Source: Camelus ferus (taxonomy: Eukaryota). Taken from it: 64,000 bases of DNA. Location: contig NC_045697.1 of assembly GCF_009834535.1 (NCBI RefSeq), forward strand, positions 20,090,001-20,154,000, written 5' to 3'. The notes below the pieces were generated by a model. That model worked only from the letters and a program-made list of their open reading frames with translations, searched no databases and was not told the origin of the DNA. The translations under genes and the position numbers were made by a program. Below are positions 25,986 to 39,289 of the stretch, piece after piece. The stretch's first letter is position 1. Each line of letters begins with the position of its first letter.

Positions 25986-28749
25986 AGTCACATTTTACAG
26001 ACTCTCCACTATCCCAATAATGCAATATTTCACACATTTTGAAAAGATGTTTTTAAATGAAAGCAGTAAAAAATATTCTTGGTATTAAGCTATTGTAATA
26101 ATAGTGCTTACATTTTTTTTTTTTACATTGTATCATGTTATATTTGGTTAAGTGTTGGGGATGAGAAAACAGCATCATAGAATTAGTCCATCTATAATCT
26201 GACATGAGATTTAAGTGTGTTTATTTTTATCTGCCAGAGCCAGAACACATTTGACCTGAAAATTGTGACATAAGCTTTTATTTTTCAAATTTAAATTTTA
26301 AATGTTAAAGGAAACTGTAGTGAGAGATTTTGATCATTAGTTTTGATATTTTGTAGTATTTAATAATTCAGAATTAAAATGTTTTGGGTAGTGGGGTGGC
26401 ATGGGGCTAAGATTATTAACTAAGAAGTTAACTGCCAGCTATGTCTCATCCTGTCTCCCCAAACCACTGTGATGAATTCCAGGTGACATTTGTGCAACAA
26501 CAATAGTTAGATTCCAAGGAATAACACGTAGGAATACAAATATGCAGACATATTAATAATTTCTTTAATATCTTTAAGCTTTAAATATCTGAAAATGTAT
26601 TAATATAAACTTAAGATTGATTTAGATCTTCAACTTGTACATTTTATAGTGATAGTGTGTCCTGTATGTATGGATTTGTTATGTTCTACCAGTACCATTT
26701 ATAATGTCATCCACCTAGATATCTAAATGTGTACCCATCATTTATACATTTAACAGTTTGACTTTATTTCAGATTCTATTGATGACAATATTCCAAATTG
26801 TGTTCAAGAATATACATTTATTTTTCATATATTCTTTGTGATTTTATATACATGTGTATATATGTGTGTGGAGAGAGAGAGAGCAAGAGTCCTATGTTTA
26901 TATTCATTCTGAGTGTTTTCTGAGGAAGTGCATGATTTTAATTACCTTCTAAATTAAAAAGATTCACATTAATGCCCTACAAATTATTTTTACAAATGAT
27001 CTTAGCAGTTTCAACTTTGTCTAAAAATTGCGTATCAAATCTGAATTCCATACAGATTCCTAAATGAATAACTTTTTCCCATGATCTTTATGTCAGTGAA
27101 CTACAAAGACTTATAGCTCTTACATTTTGCAAACATAAAATTATATTGGCAAGAATATTTAGAATTAGAGAGCCTGGATTCATTATCTGTCTCCATCAAT
27201 TAATGTTAGATTATGGACAGATCGTTTATCTTTATTTCTTCTTAGAATTATGTAGGCAGCCTCATCTAGTAGAATTTTTAGTTAAGACATCCATTTCTCG
27301 TAATATTGACTTTAGAATCATCCTATATTTTCTCCTACAAAAGATGGAATTCACTAATTATGACCATATTGTGTACAACTTTAAATATACTCTTGGCTCA
27401 TAATCAAGTGGTTGAAAACTTTAAATAGTTTTTTTTAAATCAGTCACAAATAGTATTAATTTGATTCTTCCCATGTTATGAGAACTCAAGTCAATACCTT
27501 ATTTGAACACGTGAGTATTACTGGTTTAAGTTTGTAATGGAGATATGTCATTTCCAGAGTAACTTATGGATGCAAATTAAAGATGAGAGAGTGAGAGAGG
27601 TTGGGAGTGGGGAAGAGAGAGAAAGAGAAATTCTGTGAAATAATTTCAGTAAATATTAAAAGGACATTTTAAAAACAAGCCTTCACAACTCTGAAGGTTT
27701 GCTTACGGGACAGAGTTAATGACTTTAGAATTTCTTCTAATTGAATCTTTTAATACTTGATATGTTGAAAGAGAAATTGGGCAGGATTGGAAATCTTGAG
27801 ATCCAGATGTTTATGATGAGGTTCTCAGGTAAAATATTGCCTTTGATAGCACTGAATGAATCTTTCCTTAACCTCTGATTGACATTTAAGAGATTAGAGT
27901 ACCTTCAGGGTACTAGAGTTATGGTATATAAATGGAAATAAGATTGATATAAAAATGCAGTCATGGTGGAGTTTGACATCAGGGCCATGCCTAGACAAGC
28001 AAAAATAATTGCACAAAAGCCTTGAATGTGCTGCTATTTCTACCGTCTTAATCTTTTTTGACTTTCTTTAATAAGAAGGATTATTTAATAAAGCAGTATC
28101 ACGGTATGACTGGTATGTGAACTGACATAAATGACAGCTATGTTTGACTTAAAAATGTTCAGGTAAGACTCCACAACTCTTGATGGCTTGAGAGCATTTA
28201 ATACACGGTTAATACTCAATTTCAGGATTTGTTGCATGACCTTATTCTAGTGTTGCTCCAAATTGATGTGTGTTGGCTTAAGAAATCAATAGAATAGACT
28301 AAACCATTTGATTACAGACAAGTTTAGCACTGAAAATACAAGAATACCTGAGAAAATGGAATTGTCAAAATTACTGTCAAGGGATATTTATATGTGTCAG
28401 GATAATAAAAGGGGGAATGCAAATAAAAAAAAATAAAATAAAAATGCAATTTAAGTACCGAATATAACAATTCAATATCAGCAAATCCTTATGGATGTTT
28501 TTTATTTCTATGTAATCCATGTCTGGATCTTAATCATTCCAAGGACACCTGCATAAATATCTTATCAATAGCACTGTATTTCTCATGAAAACAGCCATAT
28601 GTAATTTACTTAGATACTTCCTTGGTTTGGAAAACAATGTGCAGGTTAAGCTCTATTTTTGTTTTACTTTAAGTTTTATTTAAATTTTTTGGCGGGCACT
28701 CTGATTTTCCTTGACATTTCACCATACTGAAGTGGTGAGGAAAACAATT

Positions 28750-30720
28750 TCTGTGATGTTGCTGGTAACTTCTCCCTTTTTTATTTTGGATTTTATTGAT
28801 TTGGGCCTTCTTTTTTTCTTGATGAGTTTGACTAGAGGTTTATCAATTTTGTTTACCTTTCTTAAAGATCCAGCTCTGAGTTTTATTAATCTTTCCATTG
28901 ATTTGCTATCTCTATTTTGTTTATTGCTGCTCTGATCTTTATGATTGCTTTGCTTCTAGTAACTTGGGGCTTGTTTATTTTTATTTTTCTACTTTCTTTA
29001 GATGTAAAGTTAAGTTGTTTATTTAAGATTTTTCTTATTTTTTGAGGTAGGTTGTATCACTATAAGGTTTTTCTTAGAACTGCTTTTGCTGTGTCCTGTA
29101 CGTTTTGGATTGTAGCATTTTTGCTTTCATCTGTCCCTTGGATTTCATCAGTGACTCACTGATTGTTTAGTAGCACATTGCTTAGCCGCCACGTGTTTGT
29201 AGTTTTTGCAGTTTCTTTCTTGTAGTTGACTTCTAGTCTCATGTGGTCAGAAAAGATGCTTATATGATTTCAATTTTCATAAATTTACAGATTTGTTTTA
29301 TGGTCTAACTTGTGATCTATCCTGGAAACTGCTCCATGTGCACTTAAAAAGAATGTGTATTCTGCTGCTTTTGGATAGAATGTTGTTTATATGTCTATTA
29401 AGTCCTTCAATCTAATATGTCATTCAAGGCCAGTGTTTCCTAATTGATTTTCTACCTGCATGATCTGTTTATTGATGTAAGTGGAGTGCTAAAGTCCCTT
29501 ACTACTATTGTGTTACAGTCAGTTTCTCCCTTTATGTCTGTTAATATTTGCTTTATGTATTTAGGAGCTTCTATATTGGGTGCATATACATTTACAATTG
29601 TTAGATCTTTTCCTCAGATTGATCCCTTATTCATTAGGTAATGTCCTTCTTTGTCTCTTGTTACAATCTTTGTTTTAAATTCCATTTTGTTTGATGCAAG
29701 TATCAGTACCCTGGCTTTCTTTTCATTTTAATAAGCAAGGGATACTTTTTTCCATCCCCTTATTTTCAGTCTGTGTGTCTTCAGATCTGAAGTGAGTCTC
29801 TGTAGGCAGCATATGTATATCTTGCTTTTGTGTCCATCCAGCCATTCAGTGTCTTTTGATTGGAGCATTTAGTTGATTTACATTTAAAGTAATTATTGAT
29901 AGATATGTATTAATTACAGTTTGGGTAATAGTTTTGGGATTGTTTTTGTAGTTCTTTTTGTTTCATTCTTCTTCTCTTGCTCTCTTCTCTTGAGATTTGA
30001 TGATTATCATTAACATTATGTTTGGATTTCTTTGTGTGTGTATTGTGTGTGTATCTATTATAAAATTGTCGTTTGTGGTTACTGTGATGTTTATATATAG
30101 AAATCTATATATTTTCATGATTATTTTAAGTTGCTGATCTCTTAAGTTCAAATGCATATTAAGAACCCTGCATTTTAATTTCCCCCAAGTATACTGTTTT
30201 TGACATATTTTACATCTTTTTTCTTTTTTTGCATAGTCCTTAAATACTTACTGTGGCCTTAGATGATTTTACTACTTTTGTCTTTAGATTTCCTACTAGC
30301 GTTATAAGTGATTGATCTACTACCTTTATTCTATATTTGCCTTTACCAATGAGATTTTTCTTTTTATATTTCTCTTATTTCTTACTTTGGCTTTTCCTTT
30401 TCTGCTTAGACAAGTCCCTTTAATATTTCTTTAAAGCTGATTTGGCAGTGCTGAACTCTTTTTAGCTTTTGCATGTCTGTAAAACTTTTGATCTCTTCTT
30501 TAAATCTAAGTGATATCCTTGCCTAGAATCTTCTTGGTTTTGTGTTTTTTTCCTTTCTTTTCTTTAAATATATTGTGTCACTCCCTTCTGACTTGCAGAG
30601 TTTCTGCTGATAGCCAGTTGATAGCCTTATGGAAGTTCACCTGTATGTAACTAGTTGCTTTTCCCTTCCTGCTTTTAATACTCTCTATCATTAATTTTAG
30701 CCAGTTTAAGTACAGTGTGG
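28750..30720 (-). mobile_element. L1 (L1MA-age or lineage-specific) fragment: ORF1 C-terminus, inter-ORF and ORF2 endonuclease
   Basis: Reverse complement near 29920 reads INTYLSIITLNVNQLNAPIKRH (ORF2 start), near 30410-30490 it resembles the ORF1 end (IKSFTDMQKL...), and near 28830 it reads KIDKPL; multiple stops. Confidence 0.92.
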
Positions 30721-31231
30721 TCCAACAAGCCAATAAATCCAGAAATGAGGTGTTGGGGCAGGAATAGTTACTTTATTCAGAAAGCCAGCAAACAAAGAAG
30801 ATGGCAGACTAGTTTCCCAAAGAAAAATATTTCCCAAGTTAGAATTCAGGCTTCTTTTTATACTAAAAGGGGAGGGTGTATGGCTGGTTGTTGCAGACCT
30901 CTTAGAGCTGGCCAGACTCCAGGTGTGATGTGAAAATCCTTTGTTCTTGCAGCTGTGCACATAGGTCTAGTCATGATGTTCCTGCAAACCTCCAACAAGG
31001 CAAATGTTTTGCAACTTTCTATAAATGAAAAGTGTTAGGCCTTTGAGGTCAAGCCTGGGAAGGAGAGTCTTGAGCAAGATAATTACGTATGTTTCAAGCT
31101 ACAGGCAAAATTATATTACTGACTACCAGACAGAGGCACAGAGCAAGCATGACTAAGCACAGGCAACATAGCACAAAGGGTAGAGCTGAGGGAATAGATC
31201 CACCATGGAGTCAGGTTTATTCTTGGTTACA
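30721..31231 (-). mobile_element. ERV1 LTR, MER41-like; extreme 3' end missing
   Basis: Minus strand starts 'tgtaaccaagaataaacctgactccatggtggatct'; TATAAAA at 30856-30862 and AATAAA at 30772-30777 on the minus strand. Confidence 0.8.
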
Positions 31232-32290
31232 GACTCAAAGAATGACTTAAGATGTGATCCTGGTATTTCTATAATAGAGAAGACTAAATCTGACTCCATA
31301 TTAGATCTGTTTCTTTTACTTTAACCTTTGTATGCTGTTGCTTTTGCTAAAAGTTAATCAAAGGGATGTTACCTATAGCTTAAAGTATACATAATGGCCC
31401 ATATTCAGGAACCCTGCCTCCCATGCTTGATCTAATAGCTAATATACCTTTTTTTAAGCTCACAGGAAATATCCTGACCAGTCCCACCTATCAATGCCTG
31501 CAGGAAGCAAGACATTAACACATCCCTTCCAGAGTCTGGTAGAACCAGAAAATATTTGCAGCAATTTATTGCCTCTTTTACTTTACTTCCTTGCCCTTCT
31601 CCTACTTTTGCTCTATAAAAGAACCTAAAATTCAAACCTGGGCAAGATGGTTCTTTGGGACACTAGTTCATCATCTTCTCATTTTGCCGAGTAATACCTC
31701 GGACTCAGTGACACTTCTGTCCTCTGAAAGAGATTGTAATGAACTGGTTTAATTTCTTCCTTAAGTGTTTGATGAATTCACTAGTATATCACCAGGGCCT
31801 GATGCTTTCTGTTTTGGAAGGATTTTAATTATTGATTTGATTTTTTAGTAGACAAAGGCTTAAGCAGATTGTCAACTTTTTTCTTGTGTGAGTTTTGGCA
31901 AATTGTGTCATTCAAGGAATAGGTCCATTTCATCCAGATTATTAAATCTGTGGCCAGACTTGTTTATAGTATTTCCTTTTTATCCTTTTAATGTCCATAG
32001 GATCAGTAGTGATGTTATTTCTTTAATTTCTAATATTAGTAACCTGTGTCTTCTTTTTCTCTTTGTTAGCCTGGCTAGAGGCTTATCAATTTTACTGATC
32101 TTTCAAAGAATCAGATTTTGATTTTATTGATTCTCACTATTGATACCTTGTTTTAAATTTTATTAATTTCTACTTTAGTTTTCATATTTTTTTTCTTATG
32201 GTTAGTTTGTATTTAGTTTTCTCTTCTTTTATCTAGGTTTCTAAAGTGGAAATATTGATTACTTATTTTAGGTATTTCTTTTTTATACAT
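31232..32290 (-). mobile_element. Older L1M ORF2 fragment (host of the 31270-31713 LTR)
   Basis: 'gactcaaagaatgacttaagatgtg' joins 'cttctgtcctctgaaagagattg...gaattcactag' across the LTR; 'gcctggctagaggcttatcaatttt' reads KIDKPLARL on the minus strand. Confidence 0.85.
31270..31713 (+). mobile_element. ERV1 solo LTR, MER41-like
   Basis: Starts 'tataatagagaagactaaatctgactccatattagatct' and ends 'ggactcagtgaca'; TATAAAA at 31614-31620; degenerate 4-bp TSD tttc/cttc within L1. Confidence 0.8.
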
Positions 32291-32608
32291 GGGAGAAATT
32301 TGGGCATGGAAGCAAACATACATAGAGGCAAGACAATGTGAAGACACGCAAGAGAATGCCACATGAAGACATAGGATAGGAGTAATGCATCTACAAGCCA
32401 AAGAACACTAAAGATTTTCAGGAAACCACAGGATATAGGAAGGGGGAAAGGAGGATTGACTTGCAGGTTTTAGAGGGAGCATGACTTTTCCTGACACCTT
32501 GATTTTGGACTTCTGTTCTTCAAAGCTGTTAGAGAATACATTTTTGGGTTCTTTTAAAGCCGCTTAGTTTATGGAACTTTGTTATGGAAGTCTTAGGAAA
32601 CTAACACA
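32290..32608 (+). mobile_element. MaLR LTR, MLT1B/C-like, 5'-truncated
   Basis: 'gcatctacaagccaaagaacactaaagatt...gacaccttgattttggacttc...ctttgttatggaagtcttaggaaactaacaca'. Confidence 0.85.
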
Positions 32609-34149
32609 GTAATGAACACTATTGTAAAAAAAAAAAAGTGAACTAATAATGATAGTAAACACCTAAATAACTGTTTTTCCAGGGTCTCAGTGTGCTTAAG
32701 AGTTTAAATTCCTAAAAAGAACAATGGATTATTAGACTGACATTTTTTCTTCCAAGATATTTACCATTTTTCTTTGCCCCTCATTTTACTTATAAACATC
32801 CCCAAAGAAATTTAAAAAACTATGTAAAAATTTTTTGTGGATATTGTTATTTTTTTACTGCTGTTGCCCCTTTTTTCTACATCAATCCCTAAAATCTTTG
32901 TTGAGTATTGTCCTCTTTCTGTGTCTCTCTCTTTATCTCTCTGTCTCTCCTCCTCTAGTAATTATTTTTTAAAGAAGTCAAAGTGGTGGAGATTAACTTT
33001 AGTTTGCTTTTTTAATGGCCCTTTTTTAGATTTCAAAGTCCCCACCAGAATCTTTTTGAGTAAATATCTATTCAATTATTTCCTACCCAAATATTTTAGT
33101 TGTGAGATTTACTCCTCTTATGATTCCATTCTATGTTGATTCATCCCTTTAACTCAATTCAAATTGCAAAGACCTCAAATTACTTAATTACTGATGAAAG
33201 ACAGTTGGGAACTTTGAAGGTACTTGACCAAATTTTCTCAGTCCATATCATCATAAGCTTGTTTTATCTATGTAGTTCTGTGTAATCATATAATTTTTAT
33301 AGGACAAATTTTCCATGAAAAATCATAAAGCGAATGATTAAATGTGAAGTTACTGATATTCTATGGCGATCATGTAGTAGATGAGGATTTTTTAAAATTA
33401 AATCTAGAAATTATTCTTTCCAGCCATATAATTTTAGAATTTGAATAAATATGAGATAATTTGGATTAATATTTACATTTGTATAAACTAAGCAACAGAT
33501 GTCTTAGCAAATTTAGCTAAAACCAGTCAGGTGCATCCTACATGTTGGAATGGAGTCAGTGTATCAGAGAAATGATAAAATAATTTCTAAATATTACTTA
33601 CATTTACTGGAAAGTAGGTTAACCATTGTTAGACTTTAATTTAGATTCTTGATCTGTTCTGATATGATTTTCATGAATTCTGATGAAATTCTACACTTTG
33701 TTTATGTATTCATACATTTTTTCTAAACATTGTTATATTCCACTTTCTTCATGTTTTTTATTTAAGAGAAATGTCTCAGGATATGTAATAAATCTATATA
33801 ATTGCTAGACAAATATCTCAATTTTAGAAAATTTCATTGCATAAAATCAAAAAGAGAGAGAGAGCTGGTGCAAAAGAGTAAACTACTATGCTTTCTACCC
33901 TATTTTTTTGTGCTCTGATTTTTTTCTTTTTTGTAGTATAGAAATTCATTCGAACATACCAATGCACTTAAGTATAATAACAAAGAAATCTTACTCTTCT
34001 TCCACTTTGTTTCCACTCTTGAATTTTGCTTCATACATAACATGATATATATTTCATAATTTTAGCAAAACAGGGCTATTTATGATAATTGCATTTTCTT
34101 CTCTTCTATCCACTATAAAACTGTCTCCTGACATAAAGGTCAATTAAAA

Positions 34150-34325
34150 TAAATTTGTTTTGAGGTTAAGAAACCTGAGTTTAGTTCCAGCTGTATAACT
34201 CCGGAAAAGCAAATTAACCTCTGAATCTGTGTTTCCTCATGTATGCAGAAACATCACAGTGTTTATCATATTTCCTTCAAATGTTCAGAGAATATAAAAG
34301 GACTTTAAAAATATAAGATTGTGTT
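34150..34325 (+). mobile_element. MIR fragment
   Basis: 'aagaaacctgagtttagttccagct...ttaacctctgaatctgtgtttcctcatgtat'. Confidence 0.65.
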
Positions 34326-35059
34326 TATAAAAATATTTATAGCCCAATCTTCAATTGTTATCAACATTTTTAGGAGATGAAATTAATAGCTACTTTTACT
34401 CTTTAACTAAATAGACACTGTATCCAAGGTTATCCTGGGAGTATATTATAAGCACCATTATCTGAAGAATTTGCCCAGCTTTGCCTTGGCTATTAGTTGT
34501 ATGTAGTAAGCTACTTATGTTAACCTAAAGATAAATGCTTTTAAATGAGAATGAAGTAAATGAGACAACAGGGAATTTACTAAACAAAACAAAACAAAAG
34601 ATAGAAAAAGAAAGAAACTCATATTACGATGTCATTAAAAACATTAAGTACCTGGTGGAAGTTAGGGTGTTACATAAATCTGTTCATTTCTAGATAGATC
34701 ATGTATAAGAGAAAAATCTCCATGAAATGACAGGAAATAAAGAACAGAAAAACCATCCATTACAATCTTTTATTGATCTCTACTGGCACCATTTCAACTC
34801 TATTTGTTATATCTCTTGCTTAATATCATACTTTACATATTTTAAATGCAATACTTTGCACATGTGGCAAGCTAAATACAGTGGAGAAGTAGCTTCATAA
34901 CTTGATGCCCATGTAGCATGATGTGCATCCTTCTTCTGCCTTGGTATCACTCTTTATTCCTCAGTCCTCAGCCTTTTGGATCATCCACTTTGAAGGTGAT
35001 CCCCACTGTTTTTCTGTTTGTCTTCATTTCATGAATTAGTAATTTCAATTTTTTTTACT

Positions 35060-35195
35060 AACTGTGATGTGTACTTGTGTAAGTAATATTTTGTAAGTAC
35101 CATGACTGAAGAGGCCATGTTGGTTTTCTTTATTATCTTAAATTCAATTTGTAGGACAGTATTTGGAACAAGTAGGCACCAAATAAATACACGTG
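35060..35195 (+). mobile_element. L2 3' end
   Basis: 'tgtaagtaccatgactgaagaggccatgttggttttc...aggacagtatttggaacaagtaggcaccaaataaatac'. Confidence 0.65.
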
Positions 35196-35247
35196 GAATA
35201 ATATAATACATGGTTCCTACAATTTTATTTATTTTAAACACTATTAA

Positions 35248-35500
35248 CTCATTTATTCTTTAAATGAATATTTATTGAGCACTTAACATATATCAGTAAA
35301 TAAGACACTAAAAAGACCTGCCTTATTGCACTTAGATTGTATAAGGGAAAAGGGACCATGACAGTAAGCAATAAATAAATAATTTTATAGTATGTTAGAA
35401 AGCAATAAGTGATTCTGAAAAAATAAAATAGCCTAGTATAATGGGGATTAGACATTAGGGGCGAGGGGCCAGGGCAGGTTAATGTATTAACAGGAAGAAA
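35248..35500 (-). mobile_element. L2 3' end
   Basis: 'catttattctttaaatgaatatttattgagcacttaac...gacctgccttattgcacttagattgta'. Confidence 0.7.
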
Positions 35501-36860
35501 TGCTAAGTTCATTCCTTGGCTTTGCTGATCGCTAGCTTCACGACTTCATTTTCTAAGGCACTTTTGCAAAATCAGTTATTTGAAAATTTACCCTGAGGTT
35601 CTTACAACTACAACACTCTATTATCCTATGTCTCAGCTAAGCAACTCTCTGATCCATCACTGAGGATGAATCAGTGATATTAATGATTGTTAGAATCTAA
35701 TAATTCAAATGGAGGCATCATATTAAACCCCAAAACCCTGACTTTGATAATGTATGAACAAAATATATTTGTTACTGTTTGAAGCTCGGTATTAATTTTA
35801 TTCATCACCCATAATCTCTGCATATGAAAAGCTGCTAATTACATCACTGCATTTCCACAGTTACTAAAAATAATACAATGGTAAGCATAACAAAATTACT
35901 TCAAAGTAGAATATAAAGAAAGTAACACTTTATAATATTCTATAACTATGTTATAACTATGTTATATTTATGTATTTTATATAGTTATAATATGTTATAT
36001 TTATGATGTTATACAATGCCAGGTTTGCTTGATTTTCTGGAATAAGAAACTGTGATGTAAAAATGTTAGATATTCATAGTGTGGATTTGATGCACTGGAT
36101 GTACTGCCTGTCTACACTTTTCCAGGTGGCTCTTCAAACTAAAGCTTAACTACTTAAGAATTTCAAATATGACAAATAGCTTTTGAAGTTGACTTTTGTA
36201 TGTATGTCAGAGAAGCACAAGATGGAATATAAATAAAAACAGCTCACAGAAACAAGGTTTAAGATCTGACATTTCTAAGCAGCAGGTTTCTTCTGTCCTC
36301 AAGGAGATAAACAAAACTATTGAAAACCCCATTAGGTATATTTATAGCCTGGACTTAATGTCCAGGATGTAAACTAAGATGCCAAACTGCCAGCTACCAA
36401 CCTTGAAATGGAAGAAAACAGTTTCTCAGAGTGAACATTTTCATCCTTTTCTCATCAATATTCCAAAACCATGGCACCTTAATCTTTTATGCAAGGGAAG
36501 ACTTCTTTTAGATTACTTTCCATGAATTTTTTTTTGGTAAAAAACAAAAACAAAATTGTCTGTAGAAAATTCACTAACCTGTTTTCTATTATACTTACTT
36601 ATTCTTCAATATGGAAAGAGGGGTTTAGAGAAGCAGTATTCAGGGCTTTTCATGGCTCCTCAAATGAAAAAGAAACATGTGAATCAAAACTAAAGCTGCA
36701 GGAAATGTATCACAGAGATCTTCTAAGAAGAACAATTGTAGGTACTGGGAGGTACATGGAAACCAAGGAATATCTGATAAGATGTTTAAGATAATTGTAG
36801 TAGTTACAGCGTATCTGAAATAGACTTTAACATATAGCCTTAGGGGGTCAAACTGATATA

Positions 36861-37257
36861 TGTTATGGATTGAATATTTGTGACCCCCAAAATTCATATG
36901 CTGAAGCCTTAATCCTCAGTGTTGCTATATTTAGAGTAAGGAAGTAATTGAGGTTAAATGAGGTCATAAGGATGGGGCCCTGATCTCATAGGACTAGTGT
37001 CCTTATAAGAAGAGTCACCAGAGAGCCTCCCTCCCCACCCCCCATCTCCCCGTGCACACACGAAAAAGAGGTCATGTGAGCTCATAGTGAGATAGTGGCC
37101 ACCTACAAGCCAAGAGAAGAGGCCTGAGAACAAAACCTTCCTTGCCGGTGCCTTGATCTTGGACTTCCAGCCTTTAGAAAAGTGAGAATTACATTTCTAT
37201 TGTTTAAGCCACCCAGTATGTGGTATTTTGTAATGGCAGCCCAAGCAGACTCATACA
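36861..37257 (+). mobile_element. MaLR solo LTR, MLT1A/MST-like, complete
   Basis: 'tgttatggattgaatatttgtgacccccaaaattcatatgctgaagcc' ... 'gcagcccaagcagactcataca'; decayed 5-bp TSD atata/gtatg. Confidence 0.92.
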
Positions 37258-37365
37258 GTATGTAAGATACAGAAGGAACAGCTATATTTCTGTAGTAGCA
37301 AAAATTTCCAAGTTAAAAAGCTAAGGTGGAATTGGCTGTTTTCAGAGGGAAATCCTGAGTTCACT

Positions 37366-37831
37366 TGTTACAGAAACAACAGGCCAGCCAAGAAACAAGC
37401 ACCACTCGGAGGGTTGGAGTACTCAGATGTATTACGCCCGCAGGCTCAGAGGGGCTTCTGCTCTGAAGCTCTGAGCACCTCCAAGACGTGCGCGTGAGGT
37501 TTTATAGGTAAAGTACAAGCTTGGGGTATTCGGCCAATAAGCATGGAACAGCTTTAGCAGCAGCATCATCACAAAAGTGGAGGCAGGGAGGCAGCAAACC
37601 AACATTCCAAAGCCACATATGTATCTTTGAAAATCCAGCTGGCTAGCAAAAATACATGAACAGCAAACCAACACTAATTAACTTAGATTTACAAGTTAGT
37701 CCAGCAGAACTCAGATCAGTATTCCAATACTTAGATTTGTGAGTTATCTTGTTAGCCCAGCCCAGCCTCTCCTTCACGAATTCCTAGACTTGTGAGTTAT
37801 CTTGTTAGACCAGCCCGGCTTTTCCTTCACA
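37366..37831 (-). mobile_element. Young ERV1-type solo LTR (466 bp)
   Basis: TGT...ACA termini, perfect 4-bp TSD CACT (37362-37365 and 37832-37835), minus-strand TATAAAA at 37500-37506, CCAAT at 37534-37538, CpGs retained. Confidence 0.9.
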
Positions 37832-39289
37832 CACTGTCATTAGAGATCAAGAAAAAGGCAAAGAGTTCTTTGAGTGAGTTTTTAGTATAAATAGGATTCT
37901 GGCATCAGCTACATAACTAGATTAAATTGTGGAGTTCTATTCCAAAACTGGATGAAAATTTCTGATTCTGTGGACTGGATTGGCAATGTTAACCAGGAAA
38001 TAAATTTCTAAAAGATGTTATAAATCTTTTTCTAGTATTAGTTAATGTAACTGTGTACTTTTACAATGTGAGAAGAGGGAAATAAAACGGTAAAGGAGAC
38101 TAAGAAAAAAAGTGACTTCCAATGTTGGAGAAAGAGATGGTATTAAAAGAGATTAAGAAGTGGCATTGAGATATGAAAAGCAATCATATGGTATCTGGTG
38201 ATATGGGACAGATTGTTTGGGTTTCCACTGGTTTACTAATTAACAACTGACCATAATAATAGCTGGGGGAAATGATTACTATTACTTTTATTTTACTGTC
38301 TCATATAAACCTACATTTTTCTTTTCTGAGGCTCCATGTATCCATTTAAAGCTACTCTTTGAGAAAGTGACCATCTCATGTATACAGGCAGATGATTAGA
38401 CACTGAGCCAAACTAGGAGTAGTTTTAAGTATTTCTAATAATCATTGAAGCAGAATAGACTAATTTAAGAATATTTGGTCCTTTTAAAATCCTGATTCTA
38501 TAATTAATAACCTTAGATATGCCTAAGCATTGCAAAACTTTTAAAATGTTCTCCACATTCACTAGAAATTTAACATTTTTCTCTTCCATCCAGACTTCTT
38601 TTTACTCTGGGACTTAGTCCTTGGAATCATTATCCTTATGCTGAATTAGTATTTGTCTCAGGAATGCTCTTAATATAGCAAGAAAAATAGACTAGAGAAT
38701 TCTACTACCCTATGGATTAAACTAATAGTCCAAGAATCTTGATAAGTAAGCAAAATTCACATACAGACAAAATTTACGTATTTATTAGCCTTTGTATAAG
38801 CAGATACCTCTAAGTCTCAACTTTTTATGCACAAGTTGTCAGTTACTTAAATTTTTTGCAGCTGTTATGTGACAACTTAAAAATAAAATATCTGACCTTT
38901 TGTTTAGAAAGCTGTGAATAACAATGTAGTATAAAAAGACATTTTTCAACTGAGATATTTAACAGGCAAAGTTTGGTTCAAACGAATGTTTGCCAAAGAT
39001 TTTTATACTCTGCCTTTGCTTTGGCAAAAGAAGAAATCAGAGAGCCGTTTTCTGCAGATTGTATGTGCCAAGCCCTCAGCAACTGAATGTCAAATCTGGT
39101 CTAAAAGATGATCAAGTCTTTTAGATTAGATCTTTTTCCATCTAAGAGAGCAAAATATTTTTTATTACTGTCTTGCATTTGTCTGTGAATAAAGCTAATT
39201 GACTTTTTCATTGTTTGAACTTTCCCTCTTTCATATGCTTATGATCTGATCTGTTAGGACTGCTTAAATCATCATCTGTGATTTTGATT

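Noticed and set aside
37730..37830. CRISPR-like or other prokaryotic repeat array
   Set aside because: Only two diverged units inside an LTR with no spacers or cas genes; the sequence is mammalian.
38988..39028. Hairpin tttgccaaag / ctttggcaaa as a pre-miRNA
   Set aside because: The stem is only about 10 bp, too short for a pre-miRNA.
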